Assembly: GCA_946500265.1 (NCBI GenBank) | Contig: CAMMVE010000001.1 | Coordinates: 66,099 to 129,059 of the forward strand | Reading direction: 5' to 3' | DNA from: an uncultured Clostridium sp. | Lineage (GTDB): Bacteria > Bacillota > Clostridia > TANB77 > CAG-508 | DNA: 62,961 nucleotides | Shown: in pieces, positions 30,071 to 39,389 of the stretch | How the letters are laid out: each line of letters starts with the position of its first letter | Position numbering within the stretch: the stretch's first letter is position 1 | The notes under the pieces: generated by a model | Database searches by the model: none | Seen by the model: only the letters and a program-made list of their open reading frames with translations | What the model was told of the DNA's origin: nothing | Position numbers and translations under genes: made by a program

Positions 30071-31504
30071 GTGAAAAATTTAATAGGATATGAATGGAAA
30101 GAAGCTTCAAATGGAGCTAAAATAGAAGTCGTAAACCCAGCAACAAGTGAGCTAATCGATACTGTACCAAATGTTACAGATGCAGATGTTGATGAAGCTG
30201 TACGAGTAGCAGAAATAGAGCAAAAGAAATGGGCAGAAGTACCAATTCATGAAAGAGCTGACAAATTATACAAATTTGTTGATTTAGTAGAAGAAAACAA
30301 AGAAAGATTAGCTCAGCTATTAACAACAGAAACAGGAAAACCTATCAAAGAGGCAAGAGGAGAAGTAGCAAATGTTAGAATAGGTGTTAGAGCTTTCATA
30401 GAGAGAGCAAAACACTTATATGGTGAAAGCATTCCAGCAGGACAAGAAGCTGGTCAAGAAAAAACAATGCAAATAACAAAGAGATATCCAATTGGTGTTA
30501 TTGCAGCAATTATACCATTTAACTTCCCAAGCGACTTATTCTGTCAGAAAGTGCCACCAGCACTACTTATGGGAAATAGTATAATTGTAAAACCATCAAA
30601 TTATAATCCATTAACATTAATCGAATATGTAAAATTAATGATAGAAGCTGGAGTTCCAGCAGGATGTATTCAAATTCTAACAGGTGATGGACCAAAAGCA
30701 GGACAAGCACTAGCTAGACATCCAGGAGTACACCTAGTATCTTTAACAGGTGGAACAGCAGCTGGTATTGAAACAATGGGTACATGTTCTAAAAACTTAA
30801 CACATGTAATGCTAGAGCTAGGCGGAAATGATGCATTCATTTTCTTAGAAGACGGAGATATGGACTTAGCAGTAAAAGAAACCATTTGGGGAAGATTATA
30901 TAATGGCGGACAAGTTTGCTGTGCAAGCAAGAGATTCTTAATTCACAATTCAAGAAAAGCAGAATTTATAGAAAGAATGAAAGAGGTTATATCAAATCTT
31001 AAAGTTGGAGATCCAACAAAAGAAGATACAGATATGGGACCAATGATTAATATAAATGCTGCAAAAAGAATTGAGGACCAAGTAAATCAAATGGTAGCAG
31101 AAGGTGCTTCAATAGTTTGTGGTGGAAAAAGAGAAGACTCATACTACTATCCAACAATATTAGATAATGTAACAAAAGATATGGAAGTTGCAAAAGATAT
31201 GGAAATCTTTGGACCAGTAATCTCTGTTATAGGATTTGATACTGTGGAAGAAGCTATAGAAATTGCAAACCAATCATCATATGGTCTATGCGGATGTGTT
31301 ATAACTAAAGATTATTCTTTAGGAATGAAAATCGCAGACAGATTAGAATGTGGAGGCGCAATTGTAAATGGCGCAAGCTTCTATCGTTCATTCGAAATGC
31401 CATTTGGTGGATGGAAACACAGTGGTATAGGAAATGAAGGAGTTCTTACAACACTACAAGAAATGAGCAGAATAAAAACAATAATTTTAAAGAATATACT
31501 TTAA
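30071..31504 (+). CDS. NAD(P)-dependent aldehyde dehydrogenase (lactaldehyde dehydrogenase-like)
   Basis: IPFNFP, LTGG, LELGGND, GQVCCA, EIFGPV, PFGGWKHSGIG; RBS AAGGAGGG before GTG 30071. Confidence 0.92.
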   Translation: MKNLIGYEWKEASNGAKIEVVNPATSELIDTVPNVTDADVDEAVRVAEIEQKKWAEVPIHERADKLYKFVDLVEENKERLAQLLTTETGKPIKEARGEVANVRIGVRAFIERAKHLYGESIPAGQEAGQEKTMQITKRYPIGVIAAIIPFNFPSDLFCQKVPPALLMGNSIIVKPSNYNPLTLIEYVKLMIEAGVPAGCIQILTGDGPKAGQALARHPGVHLVSLTGGTAAGIETMGTCSKNLTHVMLELGGNDAFIFLEDGDMDLAVKETIWGRLYNGGQVCCASKRFLIHNSRKAEFIERMKEVISNLKVGDPTKEDTDMGPMININAAKRIEDQVNQMVAEGASIVCGGKREDSYYYPTILDNVTKDMEVAKDMEIFGPVISVIGFDTVEEAIEIANQSSYGLCGCVITKDYSLGMKIADRLECGGAIVNGASFYRSFEMPFGGWKHSGIGNEGVLTTLQEMSRIKTIILKNIL

Positions 31505-31508
31505 AAAA

Positions 31509-31571
31509 TTGGGACGAGGGGACGGTTCCTTCGTCCCAAAAATGGGAAAAAAGAACCGTCCCCTTGTCTCA
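31509..31571. repeat. GGGGACGG-core element, subfamily E (inverted dimer)
   Basis: TTGGGACGA-GGGGACGGTTCCT-TCGTCCCAA and inverted TGGGAAAAAAGAACCGTCCCCTTGTCTCA. Confidence 0.8.
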
Positions 31572-31592
31572 TTTAAAGAGGAGGAAAAGGAA

Positions 31593-32750
31593 ATGGCAGT
31601 TACAAAATTTGTTTTAAATGAAACTTCTTATTTTGGAGAAGGTGCAAGAAGTGTTCTCGCTGATGAGATTAAAAATAGAGGATTTAAGAAGGTTTTAGTT
31701 GTTACAGATAAATCTCTTTATGAGGTTGGGGTAAGTAAAAAGGTAACAGATTTATTAGATGAAGCTGGAATTGAGTATGGAGTATTCCATGATGTTCTTC
31801 CAAACCCACCAATTGCAAATGTAAATGCAGGTATCGCAATGTGCAAAGAAATTGGTGCTGATGTAATAGTTGCAGTAGGCGGTGGATCTAGCATAGATAC
31901 AGCAAAGGGAATATCTATTATTATGACAAACCCTGATAGAGCTGATGTTGTATCATTAAATGGTGCTTCTAATACAAAAAATAAAGGATTACCAATTATA
32001 GCTCTTCCAACAACTGCTGGAACTGCTGCAGAAGTTACAATTAATTACGTTATAACAGACCCTGAAAGAGAAATAAAAATGGTTTGTGTTGATGAACATG
32101 ATATTCCAATTATAGCAATTGTTGATACAGAGCTTATGGCTTCTATGCCAAAATCAATTGCTGCTTCTACTGGAATGGATGCTTTAACACATGCAATAGA
32201 AGGCTATATTACAAAGAATAGAAATACTATGTCTCAAATGTTTTCTATGAAAGCTATTCAATTAATATATGATAACTTAGAGAAAGCTGTTAATGACAAA
32301 GATCAAGAAGCTATAAATAATATGGGACTTGGACAATATATAGCAGGTATGGCATTTTCTAATGTTGGTCTTGGTATAGTTCATTCTATGGCGCACCAAT
32401 TAGGTGCTGTATATGATACACCACATGGACTAGCTAATGCTATTCTTCTTCCAACAGTTATGAAATTTAATGGTGAGACAAGTTATGAAGAATATAGAGA
32501 AATTTTAACTCAGGCTTTCCATACAGATGCTACTAGATTTACTAAAGAAGAAGTTATTAAAACTTTCTGCGAAAAAATAAAAGAATTATCTGAGAAAGTT
32601 GGAATAACTCAAACAGTAGGAGATGTTGGTGGAAAAGTAGAAGATATACCAATGCTTGCTGATAAAGCAATGGAAGATCCATGCAAACCTGGAAATCCAA
32701 GAGAAGTTACAAAAGAAGACTTCATGAGATTATATGAAGAAGCTATGTAG
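31593..32750 (+). CDS. fucO: Lactaldehyde reductase / 1,2-propanediol oxidoreductase (Fe-dependent ADH)
   Basis: LNETSYFG.GA, GGGSSID, PTTAGTAAEVTINYVITD, DALTHAIEGYIT, HSMAHQLGA.YDTPHG, D.C.PGNPR. Confidence 0.9.
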   Translation: MAVTKFVLNETSYFGEGARSVLADEIKNRGFKKVLVVTDKSLYEVGVSKKVTDLLDEAGIEYGVFHDVLPNPPIANVNAGIAMCKEIGADVIVAVGGGSSIDTAKGISIIMTNPDRADVVSLNGASNTKNKGLPIIALPTTAGTAAEVTINYVITDPEREIKMVCVDEHDIPIIAIVDTELMASMPKSIAASTGMDALTHAIEGYITKNRNTMSQMFSMKAIQLIYDNLEKAVNDKDQEAINNMGLGQYIAGMAFSNVGLGIVHSMAHQLGAVYDTPHGLANAILLPTVMKFNGETSYEEYREILTQAFHTDATRFTKEEVIKTFCEKIKELSEKVGITQTVGDVGGKVEDIPMLADKAMEDPCKPGNPREVTKEDFMRLYEEAM

Positions 32751-32768
32751 AGATATTCTAAATAAAAG

Positions 32769-32836
32769 TTTGAACAAAAGGGACACTCCAAAAAGTTCAA
32801 AAACTTGAACAAAAAGGAGTGTCCCTTTCGTTCAAG
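32769..32836. repeat. GGGAC-core element, subfamily B (inverted dimer)
   Basis: TTGAACAAAAGGGACACTCCAAAAAGTTCAAAAACTTGAACAAAAAGGAGTGTCCCTTTCGTTCAAG. Confidence 0.9.
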
Positions 32837-32838
32837 GT

Positions 32839-32886
32839 AAAAAAGTAAAGGAACTACTTGAAATAAGTAATTCCTTTACTTTTTTT
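32839..32886. terminator. Bidirectional terminator
   Basis: A-run-AGTAAAGGAA...TTCCTTTACT-T-run between convergent genes. Confidence 0.8.
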
Positions 32887-32888
32887 GG

Positions 32889-33392
32889 TTACCTTAAAAG
32901 GTAACTACATTGACCTCCAGTTTGGAAAATCAATACGAAAGAACAAATTATATGACCAGCAAACAATTTGGATTGATAGTATAGTGTTTTGGAATACTCA
33001 ACCCCAAGTTCAGGAAAGAGCCCCTTCAAATATTCCAACACAGTGGAATATTCTTTAACATCCATTAACCTTATCATAATTTCATTTTCTCCATTAGCCT
33101 TGATAACAAGGCTCATTTGAAAAATACTATATAAGGTATGATGGTATTTATGGAGTTCCTTGACTTGCCGACTCCATTTGTAATCATCTGGAATGAGTTT
33201 TCTTTTTCCTTTATTCCAAAAGTCGTTAATCCGATTTTTTTCATCGGCATCGTTAGAGTCAAAATTGGCGGGAATATACAAATAGATATCGTAATTCAGT
33301 CGATTTTGACTCTCGCCACGAGTTACCCTTATCCTAGGATAACGAATGGTGGTTGTTGCGTTCTTAATCTTGGTAGCAGTGCTGTTGGTCAT
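32889..33392 (-). CDS. Hypothetical orphan protein (167 aa)
   Basis: RBS AGGAGGGT, own promoter TTGATT-17-TATAAT with TG (minus strand, about 33443-33471), visibly more GC-rich than neighbours. Confidence 0.75.
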   Translation of the reverse strand: MTNSTATKIKNATTTIRYPRIRVTRGESQNRLNYDIYLYIPANFDSNDADEKNRINDFWNKGKRKLIPDDYKWSRQVKELHKYHHTLYSIFQMSLVIKANGENEIMIRLMDVKEYSTVLEYLKGLFPELGVEYSKTLYYQSKLFAGHIICSFVLIFQTGGQCSYLLR

Positions 33393-33483
33393 TATATGAC
33401 CCTCCTAAAGAATATTTTCATACAAATAGTATGAATAAGTTAATTATAGCACAAACGTACAGAATAATCAAATTTTATTTCCA

Positions 33484-35229
33484 TTACACATTTACACTTT
33501 TATTATTTGTATATATTACCATTCCGGGCTTACTTCCAGAAGGCTTTTTCACGAATTTTACAAATGTATAATCTACTGGAACATTTGATGATTCAGATGA
33601 CTTGCTATATTCTTTTGCTAACTTTGCACATTTGTTTATAGTGTCTTGACTTGGAATTTTATTTTCTGTTCTCAAAATAACGTGACTACCATGTGCATCT
33701 TTAACGTGAAGCCAGATATCTTCTTTATTAGCTAATCTGGTAGTTAAATAGTCATTTTGTCTATTATTTTTTCCAACAAGTACAGTAAAGCCATCTATTT
33801 CAAATTTTAAAGGTTCTCCATATCCAGCATCTTTTATAGAGTGTGTGTTTTTCTTAGCTCGATTCTTAGAGGTAGACTGAATACCACTAGCCGAATTATT
33901 GCCTTTTTTGAACTTTTTATTATCTTTTAATGTAACTGTACTTTCTTGAAGCTCACTATATATTTCATCAATGTCCATAATTGTTTTTGCTTCACCTATT
34001 TCATATACAATACTTTCTAAGTAATCAATATCTGAAACTAGAGAAGTTTTTTGCACATCTACATATTCTTGAGCGTTTTTTAATTTCTTATACTTCTTAA
34101 AAAACTTCTTTGCATTGGCAGAAGGAGTAATACTTGGGTCCAACTTTATTTCTATAGGTTTATTATCATCATAATAATTCTCCAAAACGATAGAATCAGT
34201 ATTATAATCTCGTATTCTATATAAATTTGAAGTAATTAACTCGCCATATAATTTGTATTTCTCTGCTTCTTTACATTCTTGAATTTTAACATTTATAGTA
34301 TCAAGCTTTGAATTTAATTTATTAAGCTTTGCAAGAATTAATTTTAACAAATTATCTCTATAAGTAACAAAGTTTGATGTGTTTTCCTTCTGAGTATAGT
34401 AATCATCAAGGAAAAAATTGATTTGCAAATCGTTATCTTTATCATCACAACGAGCTAAGTGATAATTGCTTTCATCTTTTAAACAATTCGTTTTATCAGT
34501 ATTATTTATAATAAATAGAATATACTCATAGAGTTTATTAGAAGATTCAATACAAAACTCATCAGATATATTCAATATTGTTTCAAAAGCAACAATTGAA
34601 TTTTTACTTATTCCTGTAAAAGCATTACTTATTAAACTAGCTAAAGATGTTACTTGAAATTTTGTAGAACGAATTTCTAAAACTTTATAGAATTCACTCT
34701 CATCGGAAATCTCTGTGAAATCAAGTTTATCAGATTTTGGCAATTCATATTTCTCACCAGAATAAATATTTCTATAAGAGCCAGAATCTGTAGAAAAATG
34801 TTTCAAACTATCTATAATTATATCGTTATTATCTACTAAAATAATATTACTGTGCTTACCCATAAGCTCTACAATAAGTTTTTTAGTAGAAAAATCTTTA
34901 GACTTATTAAAGCCTTCAAACTCGATAAAAATAATTCTTTCTAACCCTTTTGTATATATATTAGTAACATGGGTGCCCAACATATATTTTCTTAAAGTCA
35001 TACAAAAATTAGGGGCAAATGTAGGGTTGGGTTTTGCATTGGTTGTAAGACTTGCTCTGTAATATTTAGAATTCGTTACCAAATTCAATGCATATTTGGT
35101 CCCGTTCGAATATATTCCCAATATTATTTCTTCAAAATTTGGTTCAAATATCTTATCTATTTTACCATCTATAATTTTATGTTGTAGTTCAGATACAACT
35201 GAATAATTAATTAAACCATCATATGCCAT
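33484..35229 (-). CDS. rqcH: Ribosome quality-control factor RqcH (NFACT/FbpA family)
   Basis: MAYDGL, F.M.LRK, LERII, ELMGKHSNII, GKNNRQND.LT, WLH.KD.HGSHV, VDYT..K.V.KP; RBS AAAGGAG before ATG 35229. Confidence 0.92.
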   Translation of the reverse strand: MAYDGLINYSVVSELQHKIIDGKIDKIFEPNFEEIILGIYSNGTKYALNLVTNSKYYRASLTTNAKPNPTFAPNFCMTLRKYMLGTHVTNIYTKGLERIIFIEFEGFNKSKDFSTKKLIVELMGKHSNIILVDNNDIIIDSLKHFSTDSGSYRNIYSGEKYELPKSDKLDFTEISDESEFYKVLEIRSTKFQVTSLASLISNAFTGISKNSIVAFETILNISDEFCIESSNKLYEYILFIINNTDKTNCLKDESNYHLARCDDKDNDLQINFFLDDYYTQKENTSNFVTYRDNLLKLILAKLNKLNSKLDTINVKIQECKEAEKYKLYGELITSNLYRIRDYNTDSIVLENYYDDNKPIEIKLDPSITPSANAKKFFKKYKKLKNAQEYVDVQKTSLVSDIDYLESIVYEIGEAKTIMDIDEIYSELQESTVTLKDNKKFKKGNNSASGIQSTSKNRAKKNTHSIKDAGYGEPLKFEIDGFTVLVGKNNRQNDYLTTRLANKEDIWLHVKDAHGSHVILRTENKIPSQDTINKCAKLAKEYSKSSESSNVPVDYTFVKFVKKPSGSKPGMVIYTNNKSVNV

Positions 35230-35299
35230 GATATTTTTCTCCTTTATGTTAAAATGCAACACAATTTTAACATAAATTGAACAAAATATCAAATATTAC

Positions 35300-35336
35300 T
35301 TGACTAAAAGCCAGCTACTGGCATATAATTAGAAAC
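35300..35336 (+). promoter_or_regulatory. sigH promoter
   Basis: TTGACT-18-TATAAT with mini-palindrome GCCAG-CTA-CTGGC in the spacer. Confidence 0.65.
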
Positions 35337-35367
35337 ATAGGAAACTTCAGGAGGTATCTTTATAAAC

Positions 35368-36018
35368 ATGGAAAACACTAACATTTTTTACTCGACAAAT
35401 AAAGATTATGACAATGTAAAAGATGAAGATTTAATAGAAATTATTAAATCTGGAGACAAGCAGGCTTTTGAATATCTTATTAATAAGTACAAAGAACTAG
35501 TAAATATGAAAGTTAGCAAATATTATATAGTTGGTGCTGAAAGAGATGATATAGTTCAAGAAGGCTTAATAGGACTTTTTAAGGCGATTAAAAGTTATAA
35601 GCCAGACCAACAAAATTCTTTTAAAAGTTTTGCTAACATGTGTATTGAAAGACAGTTGATTACAGCAATTAAAACCTCGAACAGACAAAAACATATGCCA
35701 CTTAATTCGTATTTATCATTAAATATATCTGCATATGATGAAGAAGAGGGAGAAAGTGATACTACATTAATGGATATTTTTAATACCACTCTTATTGAGG
35801 ACCCATTAGATACGATTACAAAAAAGGAATACTTACAAGATATTGAGAAAACCATTGATAAATCTCTTAGTGATTTTGAGAAAAAGGTTTTAAATAAATA
35901 TATAAATGGAAAAAGTTATATTCAAATAGCCGAAGATTTAGATGCTCCTGTGAAATCCATAGATAATGCGATTCAGAGAATTCGTAAAAAAGCTATAAAA
36001 GGCTTAACTCAAGAATAA
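35368..36018 (+). CDS. sigH: RNA polymerase sigma factor SigH
   Basis: DIVQEGLIGLFKAI, CIERQLITAIKTSNRQKHMPLNSYLSL, KSIDNAIQRIRKK. Confidence 0.96.
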   Translation: MENTNIFYSTNKDYDNVKDEDLIEIIKSGDKQAFEYLINKYKELVNMKVSKYYIVGAERDDIVQEGLIGLFKAIKSYKPDQQNSFKSFANMCIERQLITAIKTSNRQKHMPLNSYLSLNISAYDEEEGESDTTLMDIFNTTLIEDPLDTITKKEYLQDIEKTIDKSLSDFEKKVLNKYINGKSYIQIAEDLDAPVKSIDNAIQRIRKKAIKGLTQE

Positions 36019-36020
36019 GT

Positions 36021-36096
36021 GCTTCTATAGCTCAGTAGGTAGAGCACAGCCATGGTAAGGCTGGGGTCGGCAGTTCGATTCTGCCTGGAAGCTCCA
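36021..36096 (+). tRNA. tRNA-Thr (anticodon GGT)
   Basis: Acceptor GCTTCTA/TGGAAGC, D-arm GCTCAGTAGGTAGAGC, anticodon stem CAGCC-ATGGTAA-GGCTG, T-loop GTTCGAT, encoded CCA. Confidence 0.96.
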
Positions 36097-36105
36097 AGAA
36101 AAGTT

Positions 36106-36154
36106 GTTTTATAAAGATTTATAGGAATTTATAAACTATAAATCTTTATAAAAC
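36106..36154. repeat. Perfect 19-bp inverted repeat downstream of the tRNA
   Basis: GTTTTATAAAGATTTATAG-11nt-CTATAAATCTTTATAAAAC. Confidence 0.8.
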
Positions 36155-36197
36155 GATCAAAATATTTACATTAAAATTACATTAAAAAACGAACTAC

Positions 36198-36221
36198 GGT
36201 GACAGATCTAAATCTGTCACC
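36198..36221. repeat. Subfamily C element with compensatory change
   Basis: GGTGACAGATCTAAATCTGTCACC. Confidence 0.8.
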
Positions 36222-36316
36222 AGGTTTTACGGCTAAAAAACAAGGTAGACTATATTTTAATATTACTTTAAACTATAATTATCAATAATATTATTTATAA
36301 ATAAAAGAGGGATAAG

Positions 36317-37537
36317 ATGAAGAGTTTTAAAGAATTTGGGAAAATGAAAATTGAAGACCAAACAGCTGCCTTTACTATTTTAGGTGCAATGGTTATTACA
36401 ATAACACTTTCAATTGGAATTTGTGAATATGTAAGACATACTAGAACAGCAGAAGTTAATAATATGATGTTAAGTCAGATGGAACAAACAGAAGAGACAA
36501 GTGCAGAAGTTGATAAAAAGCAGGAAGATGAAGCAAATAAAAAAACAGATAAAAAAGAGAAAAAATTAGATGAAGAAAAAGCAAAAGAAGAAAATGAAAA
36601 AGAATACGAAAAATTAAAAAAAGAGAATAAAATTACTTCTGCAGCAGATAGATATTATATAAAAGTTAATTATGGAGCTCAAGTTGTTAATATATATAGA
36701 AAAAATGACAAAACGGGAAAATATGAGCCATATAAGGCAATGCTTTGCTCAACAGGAACATATACTCCAACTGGTGGAGTATATAGAACACTAGGAAAAG
36801 ACGACTGGTGGCCATTATTGGGAGATGTATATGGACAATATTCAACTTGGATTTGTGATGATATATTATTCCATTCAGTTCCTTATTTAGAAAAAGGAGA
36901 CAAATCATCATTAGAATATTGGGCTTATGACCAACTAGGTCAAAGAGTTTCAATGGGATGCGTAAGATTAACTACTAGAGATGCAAAATGGATTTATAAA
37001 AATTGTCCAGTAGGAACTCAGGTAGAATTTTATTCAAGTTCAAATCCTGGACCATTTGGAAAACCAACTGCTAGGAAAATATCAAGTGCTCCAAGCAATG
37101 TAAGAGGATGGGACCCAACAGATCCAGATAGTAGAAATCCTTGGCCAAAATATTTGAAAGAATTAGAAAATAAAAAAGAAGAGGAAGAAAAAGAAGAAGA
37201 TAAAAAAGACGAAACAAATACAATAGCAAATGAAGTTACTAATGAAGTAGCAAACGAAATAACAAATAGCATAGTGAATGATGTTACGAACGAGACAACA
37301 AATGATATAACTAATAGTACGGCTAATGAAGTGGCAAACGAGATAACTAATTCAATAACCAATAATACAGCAAATGAGACAACTAATACGATAGCAAACA
37401 ATACGGCTAATGAGATAGCAAACAATACGGCTAATGAGATAGCAAATGAAACAACAAATACTACAGCAAATCAAGCAGGAAACAACATATCGAGTTTAAA
37501 TACAGATAAACCTGTAAATGCAGTAAATAATAACTAA
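36317..37537 (+). CDS. L,D-transpeptidase (YkuD domain) with Asn/Thr/Glu-rich repetitive tail
   Basis: N-terminal TM; CSTG..TP.G, LFHSVPY...LG...SMGCVRL; C-terminal tetrapeptide repeats. Confidence 0.9.
   Translation: MKSFKEFGKMKIEDQTAAFTILGAMVITITLSIGICEYVRHTRTAEVNNMMLSQMEQTEETSAEVDKKQEDEANKKTDKKEKKLDEEKAKEENEKEYEKLKKENKITSAADRYYIKVNYGAQVVNIYRKNDKTGKYEPYKAMLCSTGTYTPTGGVYRTLGKDDWWPLLGDVYGQYSTWICDDILFHSVPYLEKGDKSSLEYWAYDQLGQRVSMGCVRLTTRDAKWIYKNCPVGTQVEFYSSSNPGPFGKPTARKISSAPSNVRGWDPTDPDSRNPWPKYLKELENKKEEEEKEEDKKDETNTIANEVTNEVANEITNSIVNDVTNETTNDITNSTANEVANEITNSITNNTANETTNTIANNTANEIANNTANEIANETTNTTANQAGNNISSLNTDKPVNAVNNN
37391..37446 (+). repeat. Exact 24-bp tandem repeat (x2.3) in the LDT tail
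   Basis: ATAGCAAACAATACGGCTAATGAG x2 + ATAGCAAA. Confidence 0.85.
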
Positions 37538-37637
37538 ACATTTAAGAAAAGCATGCAATAAAAATTATATAAAATAAATTACAAACTTTATAAACAAAAA
37601 TACTCGGAAAGGTGGGAATGCTTTTTAAGCAGACAAA

Positions 37638-38729
37638 ATGAAAATAGGAATTGTAGGATTACCAAATGTAGGAAAAAGTACGATGTTTAATGCAATAACT
37701 AATGCTGGTGCGGAATGTGCTAATTATCCTTTTTGCACAATAGAACCAAATGTAGGTGTTGTACCAGTGCCAGATGAAAGATTAGATGTATTAACCAAAA
37801 TGTATGATGCTAAAAAAACGACACATGCAATTATTGAATTTGTGGATATTGCCGGCTTAGTAAAAGGCGCAAGTAAAGGTGAAGGATTAGGAAATAAATT
37901 CTTGTCTCATATTCGTGAAGTTGATAGTATAGTTGAGGTTGTGAGATGTTTCGAGGATCCAAATATAGTACATGTTGATGGAAGCATAGATCCAAAAAGA
38001 GATATAGAAACAATTAATTTAGAATTAATATTTGCAGATATAGAAACTGTAGATAAAAAATTAGACAATGCTAAAAAGAAACTTAAAGCAGATAAAAAAT
38101 ATCAACAAGAAGTAGATTTGTTTGAAAACATAAAGAAAACATTAGAGGCAGGCAAAAGTGTAAGAACAATGACCTTCAATGAAGAAGAACAAGAAATATT
38201 GAAAGATACTTACTTGTTAACAATGAAACCAATACTATATATTGCAAATGTTTCAGAAGAACAGTTAGCGGCGCCATTTGATGATGAAAATGTAAAACAA
38301 GTTGCTCAATATGCAAAATCTGAGAATGCAGAAGTTATACCTTTATGTGTAAAAATAGAAGAAGAACTTGCAAGTTTAAGTGGAGACGACAAAAAAGAAA
38401 TGCTAGAAGCATTGGGACTTGATGAATCAGGATTAGATAAAGTAATAAAAGCAAGCTATAACTTATTAGGGTTAATGTCATTTTTAACAGCAGGAGAACC
38501 AGAAGTAAGAGCGTGGACAATAAAGAAAGGTACGAAGGCTCCACAAGCGGCAGGGAAAATCCACAGTGATATAGAAAGAGGATTTATAAGAGCAGAAATT
38601 GTATCATATGATGATTTAATTAGAGAAGGAAGTATGAATGCTGCAAAAGAAAAGGGATTAGTTAGGTCAGAAGGAAAAGACTATATAATGCAAGAAGGAG
38701 ACATTGTATTATTTAGATTTAATGTTTAG
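37638..38729 (+). CDS. ychF: Ribosome-binding ATPase YchF
   Basis: GLPNVGKST, NYPFCTIEPN, DIAGLV.GAS.GEGLGNKFL, TGS domain. Confidence 0.98.
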   Translation: MKIGIVGLPNVGKSTMFNAITNAGAECANYPFCTIEPNVGVVPVPDERLDVLTKMYDAKKTTHAIIEFVDIAGLVKGASKGEGLGNKFLSHIREVDSIVEVVRCFEDPNIVHVDGSIDPKRDIETINLELIFADIETVDKKLDNAKKKLKADKKYQQEVDLFENIKKTLEAGKSVRTMTFNEEEQEILKDTYLLTMKPILYIANVSEEQLAAPFDDENVKQVAQYAKSENAEVIPLCVKIEEELASLSGDDKKEMLEALGLDESGLDKVIKASYNLLGLMSFLTAGEPEVRAWTIKKGTKAPQAAGKIHSDIERGFIRAEIVSYDDLIREGSMNAAKEKGLVRSEGKDYIMQEGDIVLFRFNV

Positions 38730-38901
38730 AATTTTGACAAAAATCACCAAAAAAATTTTTTTAAAAAACTTGACGAATATATAAATTAATAGTACAATTA
38801 ATTTGTAGGTTTTATGATTTTAATATTTTTATGTATAAAATATTAAAAATTATAAATAATAATACAGAAAAGATATATCTAAAGAGAAGGAGAGGAAAGA
38901 T

Positions 38902-39297
38902 ATGTTAAAGTCAAAAAAAGCATTAATTTTATTAGTTAGTTTAATGGTAGTAGTTTTAGGTGTTGCAATTAGTTTACCTGTAAAAGCAACTGATTCAGGA
39001 ACATTGCCTTTAGATAATCTTTTAGCAGGACTTAACTCAACAGACTCAAATACTACAACTAATACAACAGATACAAATACTACAAACACAAATACTACTA
39101 ATACAACAGGCACAAACACAACTAATACAAATGGAACAGTAATTCAACCAACAACAAATAGAATATCAAACACTACATCAGGAAATGATCTTCCTCAAAC
39201 AGGTGTTACAGAAGACATAACAGTAATGTTCTTTATAATTGTTTGTGTAATTGTAGCTATATATGCTTATAAGAAAATAAGAGATTACAAATCATAG
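38902..39297 (+). CDS. Small sortase-anchored (LPQTG) Asn/Thr-rich surface protein
   Basis: Signal peptide, N/T-rich body, LPQTG + TM + basic tail. Confidence 0.85.
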   Translation: MLKSKKALILLVSLMVVVLGVAISLPVKATDSGTLPLDNLLAGLNSTDSNTTTNTTDTNTTNTNTTNTTGTNTTNTNGTVIQPTTNRISNTTSGNDLPQTGVTEDITVMFFIIVCVIVAIYAYKKIRDYKS

Positions 39298-39318
39298 TAT
39301 TATATGTAAATTAAACCC

Positions 39319-39342
39319 GGGGACAGATTTAAATCTGTCCTC
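39319..39342. repeat. Subfamily C element
   Basis: GGGGACAGATTTAAATCTGTCCTC between convergent genes. Confidence 0.85.
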
Positions 39343-39389
39343 TTAGTATTTCATTTTAAGCTTATAAATAATTAATTAGATTTAATTTT

